DNA of 63,989 nucleotides, filler included, from Octopus bimaculoides (taxonomy: Eukaryota): the NCBI RefSeq assembly GCF_001194135.2. It is 9 parts of 8 records of this genome, joined end to end, with 100 filler letters (N's around TTAATTAATTAA, not from the genome) between each part and the next. Parts side by side here need not be neighbours in the genome. Positions count along the whole stretch, not along the records: positions 1 to 25,462 come from NC_068982.1; 8 more parts are not named here. One strand, given 5' to 3'. The translations under genes were made by a program, and so were the position numbers. This document shows, in pieces, positions 1 to 11,812 of the stretch; position 1 is the stretch's first letter; the number at the start of each line of letters is the position of its first letter. A model generated the notes under the pieces. It did not search any database. It was not told the DNA's origin and saw nothing but the letters and a program-made list of their open reading frames with translations.

Positions 1-36
1 TCTAACTTCCGGTCAGCCATTGTTATGATCGGCCAT

Positions 37-236
37 TATTATGATTGACCGTTGACTGAACACTATTCAATTTTTTTCTCCGTGTTTTTCTCCTTGTCTC
101 CGTATTCTTTCTGTTGAAGAGCGTAGCTCGAAACGTCAAAGACTTTCCGTATTCCCGAACGTCATACTAATATATCCTTTTGTTATTTACACCACCTGTC
201 CTCGTCTGTTGTTATTATTTGTATATTCTCCCACAT
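37..236 (+). mobile_element. Penelope-like terminal/pLTR-type repeat carrying a hammerhead-like motif (copy 1)
   Basis: Near-identical to 37341-37517 (TATTATGATTGACCGTTGACTGAACACTATT...CCTGTCCTCGTCTGTTGTT); contains a hammerhead-like core at 106-142. The PLE assignment is inferred from the minimal hammerhead architecture. Confidence 0.6.
106..142 (+). ncRNA. Minimal type I hammerhead ribozyme-like motif (A6U core variant)
   Basis: Stem I TCTTT(106-110)/AAAGA(138-142); core CTGTTGA(111-117)+A; stem II GAGC-gta-GCTC(119-129); GAAA(130-133); loopless palindromic stem III ACGT; GUC triplet, predicted cleavage after C137. Confidence 0.6.
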
Positions 237-280
237 GTATGAATATAAATATACATATGTATATATGTACATATATATAT

Positions 281-321
281 ATTTATTTATTGTCCACAGA
301 GGGATAAACATAGAGGGAACA
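281..321 (-). mobile_element. SINE 3' tail fragment
   Basis: Similar to the tail of the full SINE at 34770-34812 (TTTATTGCCCACAAAGGGCTAAACATAGAGGGGACA). Confidence 0.6.
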
Positions 322-991
322 GTCTCACATATTCTGGCAGCACTATCTCCTCCACCACATTGTTCAAATCCTGTATTGTTGCCTGAATCGTTAATTCGAT
401 CCCATATCCCCAGTAATCTACCTTCTGGGTCCTTTTAGCATTCAGTATCTTCCCGTATTTCATGTTGTACGCTATGGTTGTTATCAGCCATTCTTCTTTC
501 AATTCAGGGGGCACCTTACCCACTCGCACCATGGCCACAGGTTTGCCGCAGTACGAAGGCAAGAGCACCCATTCGTCTGTATTTATTGCCTCTGTGGAAT
601 GATTTATTGCTTCTTCCTCCATTGTGAAGCGCACCTCCACAGTGGCGTATCTTCTCCCTCTCGTAATATATGTAGTGAATCCTTTTCATTGTTTAACACA
701 TTCTTCTATGACCTCTATTGGTGCTATTTCTATCTATCTCATGGCTTTGAATATAACGGTTTTATAATGGTTTTGAATATAACTGTTCTTATTGTCACAT
801 TGGCCGATAGCTCTTCCGGCGGTGTCAGCTTCAAAATGTGTCCTTCATTTATGATTAATTTCTCACTCTCCTTCATTTTCTAGGCTCCACTTTTATCTCG
901 CGGACTTCCAACTCACAAGTGACTACCCCTTTGCCCGTGTAGCCGCATAACTTGCGCCGGGATCCGGCTCCTTCTCCATTTTCTCACAATG
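322..991 (-). mobile_element. 5' part of a Tx1/L1-like LINE with decayed ORF1
   Basis: Reads MEKEPDPGASYAA.. from 979, then a frameshifted, stop-containing ..YITRGRRYATVEVRFTMEEEA..WVLLPSYCGKPVAMVRVGKVPPELKEEWL..YGIELTIQATIQDLNNVVEEIVLPE; resembles the RRM-type ORF1 of L1/Tx1 elements (recall, no search). Confidence 0.6.
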
Positions 992-3900
992 GGAAACAAA
1001 ACAACAATAACAATTCAACAACAGCAACAATTCACACAACAATTCAATTTACAATGGCAATAATTCAACAGATGTATAAACATAAAATAACGCAAGAAAC
1101 GACAATCACACCACATATCTTATCGAAGATTCTTTATTGATTGTAGTATTACCCATCGAGTATAGAATTTATACGAGGTGTGTCACGTGACAAAATGGCG
1201 TTAAAGGAGAAGAGAGAAACAACTTATTAAATGAAAAATATATAATATATATATTATATAAACATAGACATCTAAATATATATATATATATATATATATC
1301 TATACCTACATTTTATATATCTATATACATAGACATCTAAATATATATGTATGTATATAGTATATATTATATANNNNNNNNNNNNNNNNNNNNNNNNNNN
1401 NNNNNNNNNNNNNNNNNNNNNNNNNNNNNNNNNNNNNNNNNNNNNNNNNNNNNNNNNNNNNNNNNNNNNNNNNNNNNNNNNNNNNNNNNNNNNNNNNNNN
1501 NNNNNNNNNNNNNNNNNNNNNNNNNNNNNNNNNNNNNNNNNNNNNNNNNNNNNNNNNNNNNNNNNNNNNNNNNNNNNNNNNNNNNNNNNNNNNNNNNNNN
1601 NNNNNNNNNNNNNNNNNNNNNNNNNNNNNNNNNNNNNNNNNNNNNNNNNNNNNNNNNNNNNNNNNNNNNNNNNNNNNNNNNNNNNNNNNNNNNNNNNNNN
1701 NNNNNNNNNNNNNNNNNNNNNNNNNNNNNNNNNNNNNNNNNNNNNNNNNNNNNNNNNNGAGTGTGAGAAAGAAATCTTTTTGCATAACTGATTTGAAGAT
1801 TTTTGGTGGGGAGGGGGGGTCACACAAAATACAATATCTAATTTATGCTGTTGAATTTTAAAGTAAATATTTACCTGTCTATCTGTTTTTAATGTAGCTA
1901 CCTATCTGTTTGTGTCTCTCGCCGCATTTCTTTCTTGCTCACACTCTCACTCTTTTCTCTCTATCTTTTCTGTCTCTCTTCCTCTCTCTCATATAGTTTT
2001 ATTCATTGATTTACGTATGAATATATACACCCAGACTATATTCTAATTCTTCACTCAAATTGTTCGTTATAAAACCTGTTTAATTAACATTATTTGTGTC
2101 TCTTACTACTTAACTGGCAATGTACCTATTCATCTCTTCATTTCGTATCTTCCTTAATAATGTACCCGTCAATTATTGCATTTACAACCTGTAGAAAATA
2201 TAGAATTGAGTAAGTACAGAGAACTAACTAACTGGAAAAAGTGATATAGCTACCTAAATATCTGTAATGATTTTATTTCCTCCAAAATATTTATCATTCA
2301 TAAAAACTACTTAGCTGTAATACTATGTTACAAGCTAACCAAATTAGGTATCTCATTTTATATCTTCATATAATCCCGCTTATGCCTAAAAAAATCCAGT
2401 TTTGTTTACAAAGTGTAAATTGATTTTTTTTTACAACATAGTTCCTGTGAAATTTAGATTAACAAAATCCAATAAAACGAACAAAAAATTATTTTGAAAA
2501 GCGAAGATGAAAGTCGTCATATTTAAGCTGTTTCGGCACTTTCGTTGAATACGTTTTAACAATATTTAGGCTGTCTATATAATAAAGATCTACTCAGATA
2601 ATTCATGTAAGATGTCTTCGTGATCAAACATTGACGTAATTAACACATATACACGCTTGAAATATATTAAATTGTATCTCATTTCTACATTATCTTTCGT
2701 CTGTAGACATGAAAAGTACTTAAAATTTAATAGTAAATAAATGAATTTTCACGAGGAATATATTTCAGACACGACAATGATATTTTCAGGATACTCTGGT
2801 GTTACTGCCCAGGCTGTCTGCTTTTCTGTTCTTCATAAGGTGTATTCAAAGGAACATTATACTATAACCTTCCTTATATTTCATGATGGCAGAACGTGAT
2901 TTGTAGCTAACGTCAGTGTTTTTCCAAGAAGTTTAAAATTTAGAGATACATGTCTGCTATGTATTTTTGATTAGTATAAACAATGTTGTCAAAGGAATTC
3001 CACAAATAACATGTAGATAGGACAAATTAGTTTATTTTTGCATTTCAGAAAAATGGCTACACTATTTTTCCAACGTTAGGTAGGGAAGCATATAGCAAAG
3101 TGCTGCCTCATCATCAGCATTACGAACAGAAATAAAGCTCAGTTTTATGCGACATATCTAATTTCACTAGGCGATAAGCTTAACACACAACAGTGTAAAT
3201 TCAAAATTCAACGCTGTCCAGAATAAAACGCAATGTCTCCAAATGTTACAGATAACAGAATTTCAGGATCACGTTCCCCATTAAGAATAGATAAGTTATC
3301 ATAATGAACAAAGATAACCCAAATGTATGTAATCATTATCTGTTGGAAATTATTTGTTATTACTTTATCCGCTCTCTATTTAGCGTATAGAATACTATGG
3401 GCAAGTCAACTCTACATTAAGGTTTTTCGACCTTTCATTTCAAACGGAGAACAAACTCAGATATTCCCATTTCTTCAGATCTTAAGTGATTAATTTTATC
3501 GACTTACACATTTAAAGCGTAAATCCGTTATAATCGTTTTTACCGATGTGAATTTTGACATTTTTGCACCTGCAATAAATTGATCATCTATCATTCTGCA
3601 TTATATTAAAGCAATCTTATTTCTTTATTTTCGAAACATTTTATAATCGCGCATTTCTTATATTTAGCAAATTTACCATTAAACATATGTCACAAGTAAG
3701 GTAGTAGCGAGGAAGTTGAAATTCATGTATTTTGAAAGAAGAAAATATAAAAGATATTTTAAAATGTGATAAAAATATTTAAAAAAAATAGCTAACAGAC
3801 ACATTTCAAGAAATAAAAATTTCTAAAAAAGAACAGTATTAAAATCCCAATAAAATTTGTTTCTTCCTATAATTTGTTTTTCATTTCCAAAAAGTTAGAG

Positions 3901-5985
3901 AAATAATAAATGAATAAATGCCACCAGTAACGTCAAAAATATTTAAGATTATATTATTTGACCCATATTTCTCTGAATATGAAGATTTCTTTACTAAACA
4001 TGTCAGGAAATATTGGTCAAATGATTTCACTTGCTACTTGTAATCAATGTACCTATGTTGGAGCTAATTAAAATGTCAATCAATAAGGGATTTCAATTCA
4101 ATAATATGAATGCCAAATCCTAAAATACATGTACAAAATATACGTCATAAATTGTATTACTGGCCTAGCATAAATATGCAACATTTGAGGAGATACATGT
4201 ATTTCTCATTAACGTCCAACGTCAATTCGATTCAAAGTTTTATGTAGTTGTGTTACAGTTGTGATCATTAAAGTTATTGATTATTCTACTGAAAGACAAG
4301 TGAGACAACTGCGAATTTCGAATTAATTAAAAGTTGAATAAATTATATATGTAGAATATATTTTGTCAGTAATTTCACAAACATTTTGTTCTGAGGTATT
4401 TATGCTTGAGGAGTGTGTCCGCTCTTTTATAAATTCAGTTCCAAAATAAGAAACATCTGAAGTCTTGTGAGAACTTCTTAGCAAACCTTGAATTTGATTT
4501 GACTAAAAATATGTTTGAAAGAATATCATAATGTTTAATCTTTATGTTTAAATATCCAAGGCCTATAAAAGTTAAAGTAATGACATTGGGACATCTTCCA
4601 AGGAGTTTTAATAAATGCAATTTTAATTCATAATGTATTTTTAGTTAACTTCAAGCATGTTAAATATAGAAGTAGATCTTAGAAAATGTTCCCTATTGTG
4701 TTTTCAATTTTTTAACCAGTGAAATCATGTGTCTCATGAAAGAATTTATATGATTTAGCTCAAGAAAGATAATATGCTAATTTGGGGTCGAGGTCTCATT
4801 CAAGCGTGGCTGAAATCATCACTATTTTTACCAAGTATAAAATTCATTATAAACTGGATGCCCCTATGCAATTTTTAACTTAAATTCAATTGTTTTACTT
4901 GTCATTGTCATTTTTATTGTCATTAACGCTAATATATTTTCTACTCATCACAGGTGCAATTTTCATTACCTTCAATAATCTTCGCTCACTATATCAAATA
5001 TGCTATGTCCAAATTAATTATAATTCGTTCATTTAGATAATAACTCTAGTGAAGTTTTCCTGGGTCACTGTCAACGATTAACTTAGTTTAGTGACGCGTT
5101 AAGCTGATAAGACAAAAGAAATGAAAGAAAAAAAGCGAACAAACACAAAATAAAAAAAAAACGAAAAACTCTCCACCATCTAACTCAACCGCTTGCAACT
5201 TCTTTTTGGATAGAGATATTTATTCTTCATGGATCGCACCAGTGTTTCTTGCAAACAAAGTGAAGTCCCCTGTTAAACTAAGTCTGCTAGTAGTGAAACG
5301 TACGTCTAAACCAGTCAAGAGAAGCATTTTTTTTCACGAAATGGGTCGCATAAATTATAGTTCATCATTAGGTAGACCATATGACACACGGTTTATCAGC
5401 AGGTGGGCCATATGAGACAGGTTTTATCATCTGACAGGACACACGACTATAAAAATTCAGGATGATTTATCATTGACGTGCCATCAAAAACTCCAGAGGG
5501 CCGCTTTTTCCCCATGATTGTCACCTAATGTTGACCTGTTCTATTTGTCTACTGAGATATCAACTAGATAATTTTCAATCTCTGTATTGAAAATCATTTT
5601 GAAAATCGCAATATCATCATGCTAAGAAAATATATGCAGTTGGAGGAATATATAAAAATGAAAAACTGTTTGAGCATTTTTCTTTAGAGATGACTGAGTG
5701 CTGGCTCTTACGTATTTTATGTTCAGCATGTGTCTATATAGTTCTTATAGTTTTGAGTGTAGCTTGCCTGCGGCATTTTGGAGAGACAATTGATGATTCT
5801 GATACGATATTTTGTATCATATTTTTAAACCTCAGTCGTTTTGTATTTTAATTGCACTATATAATAAGAGTAAGAGACAGATATACAGAAGTGTTAATCT
5901 AATCACGGACGGATACCAGTGTTCAAAGAGTGTTAAGAATAATGCTAATAATTACAAAAATAGTAATGATAATTGTAATGATGGT

Positions 5986-6003
5986 AACAACAACAACAAT
6001 AAT

Positions 6004-6055
<52 letters not shown>

Positions 6056-6079
6056 GTAATAATAATAATAATAATAATG

Positions 6080-6149
<70 letters not shown>

Positions 6150-6156
6150 TAATAAT
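5986..6156 (+). repeat. (AAC)n/(AAT)n microsatellite
   Basis: Directly visible. Confidence 0.98.
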
Positions 6157-6540
6157 ATGAAGCTCAGCATCAGTCGCAACTCACATTAAAATGCCAAGCA
6201 AACTTCCTTCATTATGCTATTAAGACTGAAAAGATCATCAAAATGTCTGCGAATAATGAAGGTCAATGGAATGTGTGCGATAAAAGGGACTAAAACCTAC
6301 TGCACGGGCTGTGTGTCTTCTGTAGCAAAGAGCCTGATGCACAACAAATTTTCAACAATTAAAAACTGCAGAGTTCTGGAATATAATCAGAACTCGGCAG
6401 TGAAGGATTATATTATGGCTGCACAAGACCAGTATCTTTCAATACTTCATAAGAGTGGGAAGCAGAGAAATACACGTGGTGGTGCAACAGAAATTTCTCT
6501 GATATTACTGAAAGGTTGCTAGAAATAATAGACGGGGAAG
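6157..6540 (+). mobile_element. Decayed R4/Dong-clade (restriction-like endonuclease) non-LTR retrotransposon fragment
   Basis: Frameshifted LHG...LQSSGI*SE..EG / YIMAAQDQ (MAAQDQ at 6415-6432), matching the post-RT W...G.LK.E.EG.I.AAQDQ block of R4/Dong ORFs; starts directly after (AAT)n. Confidence 0.6.
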
Positions 6541-6669
6541 AAATCTAAAATGTTTCAAAATCTCTACAATAACAGTTAAAATAGTAAGTCTGATGTTAAC
6601 TGCGAAGTCTTAATATCCAACCTGATACATATATATACATAATTATATATACATGCATATATACATACC

Positions 6670-6709
6670 GGCTATGACGAAGGGAAATAGCCCTGAAACT
6701 CGAGTCGCC
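6670..6709 (+). ncRNA. Minimal type I hammerhead ribozyme-like motif (variant at position 3)
   Basis: Stem I GGC(6670-72)/GCC(6707-09); TA+TGACGA(6673-80); stem II AGGG-aaatag-CCCT(6681-94); GAAA(6695-98); palindromic stem III ACTCGAGT(6698-6705); C6706 at the cleavage position. Confidence 0.55.
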
Positions 6710-7040
6710 TTTATATATTTATATTTATATATTTGATCCTTTATATTGAACACTCAATACTTTCTTTCGTGGTGCCATCCATTTTTATTTTATATTATAT
6801 ATTGTATATTCCATATTCTATACCCCACATTGGTTCTGCAGGAATATAAATAAAACATAAAAAACAGANNNNNNNNNNGCCTTTATATATTTATATTTAT
6901 ATATTTGATCCTTTATATTGAACACTCAATACTTTCTTTCATGGTGCCATCCATTTTTATTTTATATTATATATTGTATATTCCATATTCTATACCCCAC
7001 ATTGGTTCTGCAGGAATATAAATAAAACATAAAAAACAGA
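6707..7040. repeat. 162-bp direct duplication across a 10-N gap
   Basis: 6707-6868 and 6879-7040 are identical except one G/A (CTTTCGTGG vs CTTTCATGG). Confidence 0.9.
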
Positions 7041-7127
7041 CAGTGTTGGAACTCTTTTAAACAAAATAATATATTCCTCTATACACAATCATCCAAAAAA
7101 CCCACCTTTTTTGTATTTATTTTTACT

Positions 7128-7165
<38 letters not shown>

Positions 7166-9795
7166 ATTTTCATGTCGTGTTTCGTATGTAGGAGGCGCTA
7201 TATTTGCCACGGATGATCTTGTATGTAACATATCTCCTCTGGCAGTGTTCAGGGTCATTAATGCGGCAGTTCGATAACGTGCACCGTAGTGAGAGGTGTT
7301 GTTCTTGGACGGCAGTTTTCCTCAGGGAAGGATCTGTGTGGACGATTCCTTCCCTGGGGACTGCCTGTTTTATTGCTTTCTTAGTTCTGTCTTAACAATG
7401 TGGTAGCCTTAGGAAGCACGTGACAGAAAATATGTACTAAAAGCAAAATTAATTTCTTTACGTCATTACATATTCAGTTATTTGACTGTTGCATGACGAT
7501 CATGTATATTTTATGTCTCCATATGCAAAACGTCGTGTATTAGATATATGTGATAGACAAGAAATCGAAGGAAATATTTATTATTACTAGTAGCTGCCTC
7601 TGTGTTACACACGTAGTGGAGAAAACCCGGATATATCAGGTTTATTTATTTATTTTATTGGTAAATGAAGATACATAGATTTTATGAAATCCTGAATATT
7701 TGGACAGCGTTTGTTAGTGTGTTTTCTCTGTCATAAGACAACTTACTTTGTGTTTAAGTATATTTTTGATTACCTATTTTTACTATGATAGACACCATGT
7801 ATACAAAACTGACGGAGGTTGCCAGATTTCCCACGGCAAAATAAGTAGGTAGAGAGAACAGCAAATATTGCTCTACGCGGGACAGTAGATATTTGACTTA
7901 ACTATCAGTAATCTGTAGAAAGTGAGCGACTGCATTGCACGTTTTGTCGAATTCTGCCCCATATAGATACAGCTGTGCATGTAGAATTTGGCACTGTTCC
8001 TACAAAGTATTCATAATCCCGCAGAGAAATGTCCTCTGGATATAATTATTCCATTGAGTTTCTTCGAGATACGGGTTATCTTTCAGAACCTCACTGCTTA
8101 TAGCTGCTATTCTTCTTCTATAGTTTGCAGTGGTTACCGATTTACCATCATCATATTTTCGAATGCTAGTGAACTGTGAGCACTTGACAAAAGTTCATTC
8201 TTACCATTGTAATATATAGCCATCACCTTGTTTTAGGGAATTTGCAGATGAAATTCTCTGATGTTCATACCTTTCTTAATGTATTAACGATATAAATACA
8301 GCTGGATATTTGTAACAGAGAATCAATAGAAATGTCGATGCTAATCAGCGGATCTATTTTAAAACGGGGGCCACATTTTTCATTAATGTTTTACGTAGTG
8401 TTTTTGGTACGCAAAGACTTTCAAACTTCGTATACTTATCTATTTTGTGTTATAGAACAAAAAAATATTTTTGTATTCGAATTTATTTCATGTAAAAAAT
8501 TGTCTTATTTCGATAATTTCAACCAATCACTGACAAGTATTCGGTTGTTTAGATTTACTCCTTCGGCNNNNNNNNNNTAGGGTTAATTGTTTCAGAATCG
8601 TTTGTTTATGTAGTCGGCACTTAATGTATATCGGCTGAATGGACGTCAGTGATTGGTTGAAATTACAGAAATACCACAACTTTAGCATGGAATAACTTAT
8701 GGATTTCTTTTTTTTTTAAGAAGACTAAGAGAAAAATATGTTTTATATGACACATTCTACCAGTGTTCCAATTTTCAAAGTGTTTCGTTAATGAAAAGAT
8801 CCTAATCAGCTCATGTAATACAGTGATGACTATATTAGACAGGTTTCCACAACAACTATCCCTTTTTAAATCAGAAAACTGGAGTATCGAACCTTTATTT
8901 CTGAACAAAATTGAGCTGTAAAACTACCGAAACAAGCAAAGAAAATATAAATAAATTTATCATTCAAATATATAAAAATATTTCTATTAAAAACAAAAAT
9001 AGAATTAGAGATACAAATATATTTCTGGCAGAGTTTACAAACTTTCCTCGTGAATGCAAAAATATCCTTCTGAATGAAATTTAAAAATCGATATGTTTGA
9101 TGTTCGATTACTAAATCCTGTGAAACCTTCTCCAAAGAGTAGAATATATGTGTACGTGTTTATTTATGTCGTGCCTTTCAATCTGTCTTACGCTTTCTAT
9201 CATCTTCTTATATCTATATCCCAGTCGTATTTACGTATGTATATATGCATATATGTAAGTGTGCGTGCAGGTATGTATTCCTCATTCGCTATTACTCATG
9301 TTCCAAATTTCATTGAAGCGAATTTAGATTAATATCCAACCAATAGGAAACCATAATATCGATTTAATTGTAAAAATATAAATCGTATTTCACAAGATTT
9401 CCGAACTTCCCTAGGAATGTATAGAGAATTTAATGACATTGTGTGTTGGAGTGGAGGCATTAGTAAATAATTAAATATTCGTGTGTGTGGGCGTGCTCAT
9501 TCTTCTGTGTGCAGGATAGAGCGCCGAAATTCATGGTATGAGATAAACATATCGAAATATCAGCAGTTTCTCGAAAAGTTTAATGTTGAAGTTCTATCTT
9601 AAAACTCCAAATGTGTTTGTCTAATTGTTAACTACAAAAATTTCGTTATTATGTCGCCGTTGTTATTTCAAAGTGGTATCGCATAATTTGTAATGAGAAG
9701 CATAGTACATATTAGCGTGATCTATGCATCAGAGTGGCCTTGAGATATAGTAACCACTCGTAAATGTGTGTGTAAGTGTATATGCATATATACAC

Positions 9796-9904
9796 GCCTT
9801 TGCCTTTCATCCTTTCGGGATGAAAGTACCCATTGCGTACTGGGGTCGATCTAATAGACTGGCCACTCCCCACAAATTTGGGGCCTTGTGTCTTGTGTAG
9901 AAAA
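9796..9904 (+). mobile_element. tRNA-SINE 3' part (family A), cut by a gap
   Basis: TTGCCTTTCATCCTTTCGGG..CTGGGGTCGAT..GGCCTTGTG, shared with the other family A copies. Confidence 0.75.
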
Positions 9905-10224
9905 NNNNNNNNNNNNNNNNNNNNNNNNNNNNNNNNNNNNNNNNNNNNNNNNNNNNNNNNNNNNNNNNNNNNNNNNNNNNNNNNNNNNNNNNNNNNNNNN
10001 NNNNNNNNNNNNNNNNNNNNNNNNNNNNNNNNNNNNNNNNNNNNNNNNNNNNNNNNNNNNNTAATGGATAGTGACTATATACAATAAAGAAGAAAACATG
10101 GGAGTTATACTTGAATGGAAAAAGAGAATTTATTCTTCTAGTTAATATTGCTGTAGTTGTTGTTGTTGTTGCGATTATTATTATTATTATTATTATTACT
10201 ATTATTATTATTATTATTATTATT

Positions 10225-10779
10225 CAGTGAGGGAGCAGCGCAAGCCATTTAAGTGACATTGTGGTTGAAATATACCAAGCCCTATATACCTATCATGACT
10301 ACTTGTTTGTTATGGGTACACGAAGCACTTGCATCACAACCATATATGCGAAAAATGGTGATCTATAACAAAAAAATAAGCAGTGCATGACGTTTCAGGC
10401 GAGGCCCAGTTAGAGTTTTCCTCGGGTTGAATAGCCCATCACACCCAAAAGGCACCTCAATAAGGTTCCTTTAAGGATGATGGACAAACATCCCATGTTT
10501 CCAGAGGTGAATTATTCAAAGCCCAAAGAATTTCTCACAACACATGGCTATTGCGTTCCTCCATTATTTCTGCTGGTGAACAGAGATGCACATATCGTCA
10601 GCCATTAAGGGACATCAGATCAACTGGTTACAGTCAAGCAACTGATAAGCAAATCTATGGTATTGAGCAGAATACCTGCTGTAGCTCATCTTATATACCA
10701 AAACAAAAAGTATAGCACTTTATATCACTTAAGGTCAGAAGCCATGAGAGCCACTGCCTCGTACTGCATCAAAGCATTT
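10225..10779 (-). mobile_element. About 550-bp non-coding interspersed element embedded in (ATT)n
   Basis: Complex sequence bounded by (ATT)n at 10174-10224 and 10780-10869; no meaningful ORF; strand inferred from analogy with the R4/Dong fragments. Confidence 0.5.
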
Positions 10780-10802
10780 ATTATTATTATTATTATTATT
10801 AA

Positions 10803-10870
<68 letters not shown>

Positions 10871-10871
<1 letters not shown>

Positions 10872-11089
10872 GGTGGTGAGCTGGCAGAATCGTTAACACG
10901 CCGGGCGAAATGCTTAGTGATATTTCGTCTGCCGCTACGTTTTGAGTTCAACTTCCGCCGGAAACGACCTTGCCTTTCATCCTTATATCGGTAATTTAAG
11001 TACCAGTGAAATACTGGAGTTGATGTAATCGACTAGACACCTCCAAGATTTCAGGTCTTGTTCCTATAGTACAAAGGATTATTATTATT
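10871..11089 (+). mobile_element. tRNA-derived SINE, family A, full length
   Basis: Head GGTGGTGAGCTGGCAGAATCGTTA (A-box-like), GAGTTCAACTTCC (B-box-like), body GCCTTTCATCC, tail AAAGGATTATTATT. Confidence 0.85.
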
Positions 11090-11160
11090 TGTGATACTGG
11101 TAATATTTCTTGTTCTGGTCGTCGTCAATGTGGCAGCAACAGTAATATTAGTTGTCTTGC

Positions 11161-11291
11161 CGAGGTCGACGTTGCCCTTCATGCTTTCGGGGATGATAAA
11201 TTAAGTATCACTGAAGTACCGGGTTCAATGAGATCGACTATACCCATCCCCTCAACTTCCTGGTCTTGTTCTTATAGTAGAAAGGATTATT
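11161..11291 (+). mobile_element. SINE family A, 5'-truncated
   Basis: CGAGGTCGAC..TTCGGGG..GATCGACT..GTAGAAAGGATTATT. Confidence 0.75.
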
Positions 11292-11770
11292 CTTCAAATA
11301 CACACCCACACATATATATTGGTGACGCAACAGTCACTACACTGTCATTTCCCCTTAAGGACTGAAAACTTCCGAAACCAGTCTTAAAATATCATGTTTA
11401 AGTTCTCTTGAGTGGCTGACGATTAAACAGCCCTCTCTGTGTCCATGTTTCTGAAAAATTGTAGTGTTAAAATCAGTGATTTACTTTTGTAAATAGAGAT
11501 TTGGTCTGTTATTCCCTGTGCATCCGATACGAACCGGTAGGTTAATATCTATGTGGTCACTCGTCATATCAGTAACAGCAGTCAAAGCTCTCTCTTAATA
11601 GCTTATGGATAAAAGTCCACACGAGTGCTTTTGAGTATAGATTTACTGGATACAGGCATTAAATAAGACGAAGAACATAAAACGGACGTTTTCTTTAAAT
11701 ACACAATGATTCATTGGTCTAGCTTTCACAACTTCTATAACCTTTCATCGTTGTTTTCTCCATATTGCAG

Positions 11771-11812
<42 letters not shown>

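Noticed and set aside
2769-4531. Plus-strand micro-exon chain (about 2769-2839, 3049-3079, 4439-4531)
   Set aside because: AG/GT boundaries and open frames exist, but donors are weak, the phase is ambiguous and no protein is recognisable.
5377-5429. Imperfect direct repeat, period 31 bp (CCATATGA.AC..G.TTTATCA)
   Set aside because: Only two units, with no termini or TSD to define an element.
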